From Cercozoa sp. M6MM (Eukaryota; Protista; Endomyxa: Ascetosporea): a stretch of 64,000 nucleotides of DNA. The notes beneath the pieces are model-generated. The model ran no database searches. It was not told the DNA's origin and saw nothing but the letters and a program-made list of their open reading frames with translations. This document shows positions 52,582-64,000 of the stretch, in pieces (the stretch's first letter is position 1; every line of letters starts with the position of its first letter). Location: the NCBI GenBank assembly GCA_040357565.1, contig JBDODJ010000012.1; one strand, written 5' to 3'. The translations under genes and the position numbers were made by a program.

Positions 52582-55500
52582 TCAGATAACCGAACGCGAC
52601 GAACTAGAAACTTGACGCGTGCCGTGCGATTGGCGTTGGACGGGGGTCATGCCGTCAGTGCAATTCTTGGTCGGGATGTGGTCGTTAGTCATGATGCAAC
52701 GCAACTTTGAGAAAGTTGAGGCTAGGTCACGTTTCATAGGATATGAGCGCGATTGTTTCGCCAGCGTGAGCTTCTTCGAGTTCTTGTGTCTTTCGGCGTT
52801 GTTGCACGTAGCGCACCAAAAGAACACACAGCCAAACTGCACGCACAAATATGCAATAAATCCAGCCAGCGAATTCCTTCGCAAATAAGGCGGCACACCG
52901 AAAAGAAGGACGAGCACCAGCAGCTCCATTGTCAGCAGCCACGTCCACAAGCGTAAGCGCGGCACGACAAGAGCGACTTGCGCAGGAGCAAGCCAGCCTT
53001 GCTGTCGAACGTTCAGATCCACCTCCATGGCACCTACACGAACGTAAAAATAGACGTGCACACGGTGAACGAGACACACGGTGGTACCCAAGTCATCTCG
53101 TGTCAGAGGCCGGGTCTGCAGATACATCAGGTTGGGCGATGTCGCACGTCGGCACGCACATGTCAGGTTGCTGCCGGTGCCGCCCTGGCAGTCCACTCTG
53201 CGCCAAGGCAAAGCTGTATCAAGCGCAAAACCGGAGACAACAAGAGTGTACTTATTGTGTCGACATTGACTGCTAAAGCCAGTGCCAAGGATTGGCACTT
53301 CGTCACTCCTGTGTACCAAGGTGATTCTGGGCGATGTGTCTACAACACTGTATTCGGGCTGCACAAGCGCACGCGCGCGGATGTCGCACGGTCGGTCTGC
53401 TCGACGTTTAGTCTTTTTGGTAGGGATTAGATGATGAATTCCAGCGTACCAGCAAAGGGTGCGAGGCAGTAGACCACAACGCAAGAGGGCTGCACCGATG
53501 AAACTGCCGTTACGGACACTGTTCGCAGCACACAACGCGCAGTGCGCGCCAATGCCTGTTCGTAAATGAGTGTACGGGTGTACTTGACAGTATACCGTGC
53601 ATACTCACACCTGTGTTGCAGCACCACGGTCCAATGTGAATCTGCTGAGGCAGCCTGTCTCCTGCGTAATAGATATTGTTCGTTAGCGTAGTGTTCAAAT
53701 GTGCACGAGCAAGGCTACTGGAACAAGAAGTGCGGAGGCGTTCATGCCTTCTTCCCGCGTAACACGGTCAATCTCGACCAGGTCGAGGAGACCGCTCGAA
53801 ATGCCAGTCGGCAGTCCTAGTGAACACGCGTATCCATCGGTACATTTGGACTCTTAAGCGTACCATCACTGCCAATCGTGACACTCGGCGGATTGTTACA
53901 TGCGTCACCTGTTGACAGACTAGAGTTGCAACTCAAACCACAACTCTCAAGTGGTGAGCAGAGTCGCACCTGCACCGACAGAGAGATAGAATTCGACGGG
54001 GAAGGCCGCCACCGGCGGTGCTACCACCTACACGAGCAAACGGTAACAGCATAACGTGGCCGAAGGGGATTCAAACTGCTAGCATACCTCAACTGACACC
54101 AAATGCGTACCAGCACCAAGGCCGAGGCATGGCAGTACAAGTGGGTGGCTTCGAAACACCTGGTATAGAACACAAGATGTTCACCTCACATAGGGTACGT
54201 TGGAGCGAAGAGTATTACCTGCACCGAGTCGGCACCTTGCACTTGCAACATACCCATCGATGACACTGCTGACAACGACGGTACGCGCAGTTCGCACGTC
54301 TCTCTGAACGCACCAGTCTCAAACGAATACGTCGCGTTGCCACTCTGCCAGACGAATCTGTTGAGACAGGCAAGTACGACCCAGGTATTGGCGCAGTACC
54401 GTATTCGATGGTGGTGACGCCAATGCTTTTGCCAGATCGACCTATACTTATCCATGAGAGGGTCTTTGCAACAAAAGGGCGACACCAGACTACCCTTCCA
54501 ATATCGGTTCCATTGTCGTCGAGTCGGCGAAAAGAATTTTGCGCAAACACAATGTCATACCTAGAATTTAAGGTGAACCGAAGTAAGTTGAAAAACGTGC
54601 ATGTTGCGTGAGTATGAAACACCTTAGGGAAGGCAGAAGCTGAATGTCGTCTAGTGAGCGCTGGAACACATAGCGAGTGACTAGTGTCAGCCGCGGTGTC
54701 GTCACCTGCCGCTCCCTGGGTGCAGTGAGGGCGCGTTGGATGTCATCCCACTCCGTGTAGAACTCGTTATATGGGTGCTTGAAAAGTAAGTTTGTCTCGT
54801 CTTGCAACAGTGTGGTCGTAGCCACGGCGACACGCTCTACGAAAACGACGGCATTGGAAGAGTCGACTCGAGCGCCTGCGACGACAGTTTTTGAGCTGAC
54901 AACGGTGTCGCCATCACGATCAAGTGCATCCGTCAGAGTCGACTGTGTGACCGCTATAGTGGCACCTGTATTCAGAAATGCGAACGTGTCACACATAACA
55001 GCGCACATTTCAGTGAATTCAGATTGCACACATACCGTTGGCCAAAGCAATTGGCGCATCAAACACTAGTCTCAACGGCGGCGTCGAGGTGCCTGTCAAT
55101 TGCTCTGACAGCGGGGACTGTCCTATCTCGTGTGAATAGAGCCACAGGCGGGCAGACAGGATGCTCTCGGAACAAAAAATACCAGTGTTGGGACTGGCGG
55201 CAATGACAGCGGTATTTCCACGAGCCGGTGCGTGGTTGGAAAATGTGCCTTTGCACACATTCCTTGAAAGGATCCCAAAAACAGTAGTCACGATGACAGC
55301 ACACCATTGGTGGCGAGCACGGCGACCGATTGCCGCAAGGTCGTTGCCATCGCCGTGTTCACCGCGGACCAGGTACGAATGGGTGCAGTGACCTCTGACG
55401 TCAGAAACAGCACCATCAAACGGCGTGTTTGTCCCTAAGTCAATAACAGATACAAGTTTCTCAGATGATGATGCGTTGGGCACTACCAGCGGCGGAACGC

Positions 55501-56574
55501 ATGACACAGGCAGACTCAGGGTGACACGGCTAAAGTCAGCCGGCGCCGTCGTTGTTGTGGCACTGCAAGTCGAGTTTAGCATTCCAGTGAACGTACTGAC
55601 GTCCATAGGAAAGAACTGTGGATATAGAGAAGGTATCGAACCGATCCTTTTGCAGCTGGTTACAGGGTGTGCTACCTGCCGCCACAGCACCAGGTCTGTG
55701 GCAACTACTGCCACTCCAGCAGAGTCCACTACCTCCACGGAGACCTCGATACCAGTAGTGTCGGTCTTCACCGTGGTAGATCGACCTTGCGTTCGCAGCA
55801 CTCGCACTGCCAAGTCCGTCTGTCACAAACTTACTCTCCTTCTATGGCATACAAAGAAATAGAGGTAAATACATTGACTGCTACTTCGCCCGTTCGGGTA
55901 GCTTGCGCTGGCAAGAGACACACTCGGTACTCATCGAAGTAACAGTCACTTCGGCCAGACGTCGTGGCACAAGCTGCCTGAGTAGGCATCTGCGCTGCTT
56001 CAGAAGAGAGGTCGAATGTGGCCGCAAGTCGGCCACTGTCGGCATCTAGGGTCACCTGTGCCAGCAGCGTGTTCAACCACCCTGCGAACAACACATGTAG
56101 TTTGGATAGCTTTGACTCTGTAAATGATATATTCATAAACACAGCAGTAAGTTTACGTCTCTGTATGTGCGCACGTTCGAATGTCCACCTTCTGCAGTCC
56201 TATAGCACAGCCTATAGTTTAACTTGCAGTGTGGGGCGTGAAACCTGGTCAGCAGTGGCTACTCCCGGTCGTCGATCGCGTCGAAGCAGTAGCACGTAAT
56301 CACGTGGTACAAATACCACATTTCCTGCGTGCACTCATACTATAAATATACAGCACACAGTACGTAGTAGCAAACAGGTAGTACCGGCCGTTGGAGAACT
56401 GCCTGACACGAGTTCGACGGACTGCTCGCTCGTGTACATCAGCGTCTGAGGAGTGACCTGCAGCGCAAGTCGCAAACAGCGTTAACGGCGTGTGAAAGTG
56501 GAAATGCACAGTAATACTCCAAGACATACTGAAGGCAGGATGTTCTGCGTCGCATTGGTTGTAGTTGCGTTCAT
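52582..56574 (-). CDS. Large hypothetical membrane protein (long Thr/Ser/Val/Cys-rich region, C-terminal TM segments)
   Basis: A chain of long minus-strand open frames (55831-56142, 55019-55813, 54568-55062, 52582-53535) with a hydrophobic stretch LWTWLLTMELLVLVLLFGV...FIAYLCVQFGCVFFW near the end. Exon joins were not all resolved. Confidence 0.45.
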
Positions 56575-56862
56575 TGCATCGTGGTTTTGTGCACTATTAT
56601 TGTGAGTGATTAAGTGGACTGGACGTCGAATTGACCAATGGGATTCACAGTCAAAGCCGAGTCGGGTTTCGGACTTTAGATTTCTTTCAGCTGCTCGTCG
56701 ATCGCCCGGCCGCTTTTGACAGTTTCCGTTCCATATCCGCCTGGCGTAGTTAAATTCTTTTGCTTTCAGTTCGGTAGCGCTAGTAGGTAACGTATCGAAT
56801 CAGTGCATTCGCAGTACGCGACGGTAGCGTAGCGGGAAAGCACGTAACTATAGCTCGCTAAC

Positions 56863-57988
56863 TTATTCAAACAATGAGGATTTCCGGTTGGAAGAGCCCG
56901 AGGACTCGCCCGACGAAGGGGTCAACAACGACGAGCTAGATGTCGATGCTTCGTCCACCAGACCGGCCTGAGACGGAGAAGGTAGGTGTACTACATTGAA
57001 ATAAAGTAGCCCAAATACCAGAATGGACTGCTGCTTGGCACGACTCTGCGCAGCACGGCGGCGGCGTTCCTCCTCCTCGCGCAGGCGGCGTTCTTCCTCC
57101 TCGCGCAGGCGGCGTTCTTCCTCCTCGCGCAGGCGGCGTTCTTCCTCCTCGCGTTGTTTTTTCTCCTGACAAGAGCGACAAATTGCAGGCACACACAGAC
57201 GACACAAAGGTGCCAAAGAAAAAGAAACCTCAAGTTCGCGTCGTTCGCGCTCAATGCGCTCTTGCTCGAGTCGTTCTTGTTCGAGTCGTTCTTGTTCAAG
57301 ACGCTCTTGTTCCACACGTTCTCGCTCCAGGCGCTCTACGGAAACAGCATCAGGACGGGTAACCTTTTTCGTACAGTAACGTTGAATGGATCGAGAAGCA
57401 CCCTGCTCAAGACGCTGCTGTTCCTGCCGTTTCTCTTCTTCCAGTTGCTGTTGTTGTCGGAGCTGCTGCTGCTGCAGTTCTTCGTGTTTGTTGACGTTCT
57501 TGTCTTCGTCTTCGTTGTCGGGTGAACTGACTGTTGGCTCCGACTGGGACTCCTCACTGCTCAAGGAGGGACTCAATGGTTCGGCCACCTGCTGTTGCGG
57601 CACCAAAGTTGCGGAATCCTCCTCTAATCAGGGGAGTGTGCAACTTATGCTAGGCAAGGGACAGGACAGGGCAGGACAGGACAGGACAACAGGACAGAAC
57701 AGAACAGAGGGGTACCAGCAGGAGGAGGCGTCGGTGACGCTGCCGTTACGACTGAAGCAAACACCACGAAAGCATAGTGTGGCACAAGCTGGCGGAAGGG
57801 AGGACAGGGTACCTTTCTGGATACGTAGCAGGTCCTCATCAGCAGAGACAGCTTCCATGATAGGTGCCAGACCGTTCAACTCGAACTGACGGTTGGCCGT
57901 GACACTGCTCTCGTATACGAGCCACTTGCGCAGTGCCTCGCGCATATGCACCACACGAGTTGCCTCATTTTGCTGCAGAGCGGCTGTT

Positions 57989-58038
<50 letters not shown>

Positions 58039-58048
58039 NNNNNNNNNN

Positions 58049-58098
<50 letters not shown>

Positions 58099-59425
58099 TT
58101 GACATACACGGGTACAATCACAGAGGGAAAAGATCCAGTACTCAGTGTCTCGACAACACCCTCGCGGAACACTAAGCAACGGGCATACAGAGACAGAAGC
58201 ACACGAAATTCTCATGCTACCGAGTTCCTGTCGACGCATAGCATCGCACTGTTCCGCATACCGACGTTCCTGAACACACGATACATCATTTAAAGGAAGA
58301 CGCACAAAGCATAGGGCAGTGTGACAGCAGTACATAATCCTCAGCGGTCTTCTGCGCTGACGCGAGACGAGACTCGGCCTTGATCACCTGCTGCTGTGTG
58401 ACACCAACGAGGTTCGGATCGCGGAGACGTTCCCTTGCCTCCACCTGTCGTCAACAACATCTCGAGATTGTGTATACCTCACTGCCACATGCAGGATGTT
58501 TACCTGCACACGCAGGTCGTTTCGCACGCTGCGTAGTTTGTTGGCGAGTTTCGTCGTGCGCTGCCTCTGCTGACGCAGGTCCTTCTGCACTCATGAAGAC
58601 ACGCACCAATGCAGACCAAGTTACAGGTGCGTGCGTGGTGTACCTCGAGTTTCTTGAAGGTGTTTTGGAACTGCTTGAGCACACGTGCGTACGTTGTTCT
58701 CTGATCAAGCAGACACACGTCGCACAGCGAGTCAACAAAGGCATACAGTATCAGGTACCAGCACTTGCAGCGGTTCCAAAATGTCCGTGTTCAATGACTG
58801 CGCGAACTCGGCTCGTTGCGCACTAAAACAGCAGCGCGATCGCACCGGCATACGAGGCAACGAAGAAAAGGGGCGATACCGTTCGTTGATGGAGTTGTTC
58901 TGCAACGACGCCAGTGCTACGTGCAGGGTCGATTGACCTGTGGCGTCGGAACAGATCATTGGACCGAAGCACCACATAGAAACAACACAAAATACCACAG
59001 GTTTCGCTGTCGTGCATACTGCCATCGCAGAGTGGTTTCTTCGACAACTTGTCCAGCATTTTACTGCGACAGCGAAGGTTGCGGACAAGTTATATTTACA
59101 TATTTACAGGCGAGAGAGAATCTGAGTATACCTATAAGTCTGTTCCGTGGCTACGCGAGTTTGGACAAAGGCTGCGAAGTCATCCAAGTCACGCAGCGCT
59201 GCCTGCGAATGTCGCAGCACCGAACCGACATCGTGCTACGACAGCAGATAAAATTAAAATAACTCAGGCGTCAAATTGTATAGATCACATGCATAATCGG
59301 TTAGAATGACGACATAACCGAGCAACCAATACTATCCCGTGTCTGGGTCGCACTCTGACATTCGACTTTGACAATCAACTCACCCAAAGAGTGTCAGCGA
59401 AACAAGGCGCCCGCTGCTCAGACAT
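56863..59425 (-). CDS. F-BAR (FCH) domain protein with charged repetitive C-terminal helix
   Basis: MSEQRAPCFADTLW|HDVGSVL..LDDFAAFVQTRVATEQTY|SKMLDKLSKK (FCH pattern), AEFAQSLNTDILEPL and QQNEATRVVHMREALRKW. The tail carries ERLEQ and RLREEEERR repeats. Confidence 0.85.
57058..57330 (-). repeat. Coding tandem repeats (24-bp units encoding RLREEEER; 15-bp units encoding ERLEQ)
   Basis: Direct observation in the F-BAR tail exons. Single-alpha-helix-like E/R composition. Confidence 0.85.
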
Positions 59426-59657
59426 CGGACAGTTATCGTAGCTGCACGCGCTCGTACGCACCCACGCGGGCGGAAGAGCTGCTTGTTTTTTTTAAGGGCG
59501 TGCCTGTTGATCAGAACGGCAGCTCGGTTTCAGCTTCTACTGTCCGTAGGCGACAGTATCAATAACTCAATCGTATCAATAACAAGATGTGGTGGGGTTC
59601 GTCTCAACAGCTGAGAGAAATCAAGCGACGCGTCTGTTTAACCCAGCGGGTTGTTGC

Positions 59658-60160
59658 TCAGAACCAGTCATCATCGACTTCCTCCTCAGCTCCGGTGCCC
59701 TTGGCCGCAAGAGCTTTTTTGTGAGTCTCCCAGTCAGGCTCGTGGATTACAGCAATCTTGCACTTGGCGTCGGGTGCCACGATTAGTTCATTGCGCTTCG
59801 TGCGCACACGGACAGACACCACATCCACTCCTACAAAGGCAAGACCACTCCTTGTGCATGGCGCTCTTGCTAGTCAAAATACCTTCCTCGCCGTGCAACG
59901 CAACCACAGCAGGATGTTTCAGACAGCCGTCGAGTGCTTGGCAAAAGTCACCCACAACAGCAGCGACGTGAGTTGCCTCCTCTTCGCTCATGGTCTTGCT
60001 TGCCTTCACCTGTATACGGAGGGTGCTGCATACTAGTACTGAACGATTCACATAATATCTCAAAGAAGCAACGTACAGGGATATCATCTTGCGAGAGAAC
60101 CACCCAGCCTCGGGTCCCCTTGAGGCGCTTCAGGATGCTCTCGTATGTATCTTCGTCCAT
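59658..60160 (-). CDS. Roadblock/LC7 family protein (dynein light chain roadblock-like)
   Basis: MDEDTYESILKRLKGTRGWVVLSQDDIP|VKASK...VRVRTKRNELIVAPDAKCKIAVIH matches the roadblock pattern (LKRI..KGV.G..V....GIP; LRIRSKK.EI.VAPD). Confidence 0.8.
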
Positions 60161-60758
60161 GCTGAACCTGCTTGGTCAAAGCGACTTCCAGACTTTGTGT
60201 CCCTGTGCTACACCTCCAGAGCTCTTCACCGTCGATAGAAAAACACAGGTGACGGTAAACTACAGCAGCTGGGTTTCAGTTCCGCTAGAATCCGTATTTG
60301 CCTCTCCGTGCGGACAAACTGTCTCCAAACGTAACCTGAAAAATAAAATTCGTTGGCCATTTCAACTAGCCCCCGCTCAACTCCTATTTTGCGTTCCCTC
60401 GACAACGGATCTGATAACATGGTTAGTGCAGGTGGCGGGCAAACTGGGAGCCGCTGTTGGCTGAACCGAACCGAACGAAACAGAATACGACTTTGTTAGT
60501 TAGTTTTCTATTTAACTGTCGTTCCGTTCGTCTCGTCAGGTCTTTCAGTCGTGCCGGCGGCAGTCGAGGTCGGAGAATTGCGGCGTCAGATGGTCGCGCG
60601 TGCAGTCGGCGTCGCGCAAGGCGAGTCGGCGCAGAATACGAGACTTCGACGCCCAATTCGATTGCAACGCACGGCAAGTCAACCAAAACAAGCCTGTTTG
60701 AGTCAAAGTTCCATCGCGTGGAGCCTGAGCCAGAATTAGTTCGTTACGCGGTACAGTA

Positions 60759-62371
60759 CTACTCGGTGCTCGTGCCAGTGCTGGCGCTGTCGCCACTCTC
60801 GCCCTTGAGTCGCTTGCGGTCGCGACGGGCTTGCGACGCCTTGCGCTGCGGCAAGTCGACAGCGTGCGGGTAGTGCTTCCAGAACACCTGGATGCCATCG
60901 TCCACTAAAGAAAAGGCAATTTTCGTAATTGGCACACTGATAGAAGCCTGCGTATCACGAAACTACCGTTTTGCTTGAGTGCTTCATCATCACACGTCCA
61001 CGCAAGCTTGTTCTGCGAGACGTCGTAAGCCTACACACGCAGCACGCATGAGTTGCGAATACGTACACACAGACGCAGACACACAGACAGACTGCGGTAC
61101 AGACAGTCTCGGGGACGCCGACACGACCAGCAACTCGTGCGTCTTCTGTTCACAGGCAGGACACATTACAGAAGTCACAAAGGCTGTGCCCTCGGGAAGG
61201 GTACCGGGTGGAATCGAAGCCCCGAAACGGCAACGGACACGTCCAGTGCGATCGGTTGCACTGCGTACTGGCCGCTCTTGCTGTCATGCTGAATGTGCAC
61301 GCAGAGCACCTTGCCGGTGGAAGTGAGCACTGCCACTCGACCGGTCTCCTTGTCTACGGCAGCACGCACCGGCATCACCTGCACACGCACAGGCATGTAG
61401 ACTTAACTATATGTCGGTACACACAGGGACTGGGAACATACGCGCGTGCCGTCGAGTTCGAGAGCATGGCAGTGCAGCAGCGTGCCATCGGCGACGTTCC
61501 AGAGACACAGCTGCGCATCGCCACCCACCGAGACCACAACCGAGTCCGACAGCGGCAGCAGCGCCGCAACGAATTCCTCTGTGAGGGTGTGTGTGTGTGT
61601 GTGCACCAGCAGATTGGTGCATACAGCAAAAGAGTCAGTACCATGCTGCATGAGGTATCGCGACGCCACAAAGGTGCGCGGGTATCGGGACACACGCACT
61701 TTTTCGTCACGATCGCACCTGTTATTTTACCGATAGATTGCGCTCACATACAGAGAACTGTCTGCACGGTACGTGACAAGCTTGTCGCCCACAAAGCACA
61801 CGTCTGTCACCACCGACAACTGCGGACACAAACGCAAGCAGGATATACGCGAGGAAACCAAAAAAAAACAGCAAGGCAAGGTTACGTGGCCAAACACTCG
61901 TCGCAAACGAGCAACATCCTCCAGCAGCACAGTCTGCACGTCGCCAAACTTGTCGCCAACGACCACACCACTCGAGTCGGCGAGCCACGTGACGCAAGCT
62001 GCCTTCTTATCGATGCGACGGTGGCACTTGATGGTCCACTCATTGCCTTGTCTTTCCCACACCTACTCGCAAACAACCAAGGTGGGTCATGCCTCTCGTC
62101 GCACCACACGCACACATGAATCACAAGGTACGCAGAGAAGCTTGTCGTCTCCGCTCGTGACGAGAAGTGTCCCACATGGCGAAAAAGCGATCACACGAAT
62201 CGGCGCGCTATGGCCTTGCGGGGCATCCTGGGCGGCACCCTGCTTCGTGGGCACACCAGCGACGCTGCTGAACAGCACCTCACGCGTCGCTGCATCCAGC
62301 ACTTGAAACGTAGTGTTGTGCGCTACGACCACAAGCGCACCATCGCTGCTCACGTCAAGATGCGAGTCCAT
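60759..62371 (-). CDS. WDR4: WDR4/TRM82, non-catalytic WD40 subunit of tRNA m7G46 methyltransferase
   Basis: IRVIAFSPCGTLLVTSGDDKLL, VVVGDKFGDV, FGH|LSVVTDV, CDRDEKVRVSRYP, H|EEFVAAL and SVGGDAQLCLWN are TRM82-typical motifs. Confidence 0.88.
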
Positions 62372-62543
62372 GCGAGCACACTACTGCTACTACTGTTTTG
62401 CCCGACTACAGCACTGCCTGTCCCTGGGAGATTATTCTTCCTTGTGGGTTGAATTTTTTTTCCCGCGCGGATATAATAAAATGCTGAAAATACTGTAAGG
62501 CTGAGCTTCCGTGTCTTACGTGAGTCGACGCACACTCTATGGC

Positions 62544-64000
62544 ATGTTTCCGCCGATTCAAGAAGCGCCAGTCAGGCGTAAGAAAGTCCTGGTTCGTCGC
62601 AAGCACGCAAGCCAAGAGCACGCAAGCCAGGGGGCTTTGACAGCCAACAGTGCTGTTATTGATGAGCGACTGTTTCCGTCACATACCACGCGGCGCCACA
62701 AATTGCTCGCGAGAAAACTAGAAGCTAAAGAACTCGCTGACGTCGGTTTCCAGGTTGAAGTTGGAGAGAATCTACTTCGAAGACGAATGCAGAATGTGCC
62801 ATTTGATTCAATTCCACTTGCCTCGCGGCGTGAACATGAATTGCTAGGCACTTCGCGAGAGTACGAAGAAAGCCAGCTTCTTCATCGACCCGAACTGTTG
62901 CAAAAGTCGCCGAGAGATCAGAAGCACGCTGTTGCGGCCGGTTTCATGCGAAGAAAACGACTCCAGGCATGGCGGCACGCCGTTGCGGCCACAATGGTAA
63001 GCGAAGATAGGCGAAATATCGCAACTTGAAATGCTGCGCAGATTATGAATCGAGCTGACCGCCGAAGGAGAACGCGATGGGTCGGAGTTGCGACGGAGCT
63101 TGAGAACAAGCTTGAGCAAAAATCGCTCAGTACCCTCCTCGAGTACGATAAAACCCAGTCTGTGTCGAGTGATTGAAAACAAACGCAGAAAATTTGCTTC
63201 TAACAGCGCCGACCGTCGGTATTACGACCGTGAGAGGCGCGTGTTGCATCGGCACGCTAAACGAGAACGGTCATGGCGTCGAGTCAAAGAAGACCTTGCC
63301 CGAAAGACCAATCGCAATGTTTCCGAGTTATCCATCGAAAAGGTACTGTGCTTCAGTGTGTGTTTCAAACATTACAGCAACTAAAAATGCGCAAGCAGGC
63401 AGATGCTTGGCGCCAAGAAGTGGAAGAAGCAGATTTAATCGTAAAGGCCGTGCCACATGAAGAACGATACTCAGCGTCTGTGTTTGAGCAAAGTCTCCGC
63501 AATGGCGGTGAGAGGATTGTCCCACTTGGCTCTGTTTTTAGTGGTCTTGTCGTGAAAGTCAAGCCCGAGATCAATCCTTTGCCGGAAACTGTTCGAAAAG
63601 TCGGAGGTGCGAAGCTAGAGACACTTAAGTCGAAGCACATGCAGTTTCGAAATGCTCGGTAAACTCAATGGGGTCATCTTCCTTGCTTGCATGTGATGCT
63701 TAAGTTCAGACGAAAGGAGCTTGGGGAGAGAATTACAAAATTGCGTCCGTACGATCTTGAGCATGCAGACGACTTAATTGTTGAGGGGCAGACTCTGATC
63801 TCTTTTTCTGCTCGTCGCTTACCTCGATACCAGTAAGTTTTAATATACGCTATTTAGATGGTATCATCGTGTAAATTTAAACCTGGGCATGACGAGCTCA
63901 TCACGTTTCTGTGTGTTCCTTTGCAGCTGTTGGGAGGAGATCGAACGACATCTGGCATCAAGATCATGTGAGGACATTTTCCTCAAGGAACCGAGTTCGG
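62544..64000 (+). CDS. Hypothetical basic/coiled-coil protein, 3' end runs off the window
   Basis: ATG at 62544 (MFPPIQEAPVRRKK...), a long first exon and further GT-AG-joined exons (QLKMRKQADAWRQEVEEA...). Confidence 0.5.

Overview
Eukaryotic, gene-dense genomic DNA from a protist-like organism, using the standard code. Genes are split by many short (mostly about 50-65 nt) GT-AG introns, often with GTAC donors and CA/GT microsatellites, so the six-frame ORF track is mostly misleading and I spliced the genes by eye. Recognisable genes are an M3 oligopeptidase (3' end outside the window), KRR1, proteasome beta subunit PSMB2/PRE1, SCO1/SenC, an Aa_trans amino-acid transporter, a HECT E3 ligase, a very large MyTH4 myosin, a TPK-type two-pore K+ channel with EF-hands, an F-BAR protein, a roadblock/LC7 protein and WDR4/TRM82, plus several orphans. 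Three observations stand out. (1) 5230-12983 (-) appears to encode a head-to-tail duplicated Macro-SIR2 protein of bacterial type with reciprocal decay: degenerate Macro, intact SIR2, charged linker, intact Macro, pseudo-SIR2. This is a candidate single-chain ligand-gated NAD+-consuming (immune-like) effector. (2) The myosin appears to splice in frame through MyTH4 into an IFT144/WDR19-like beta-propeller. (3) An about 100-120 bp hairpin-forming repeat with compensatory changes occurs three times next to gene 3' ends. All family assignments come from motif recognition, not database searches. Exon boundaries and several start codons are approximate.
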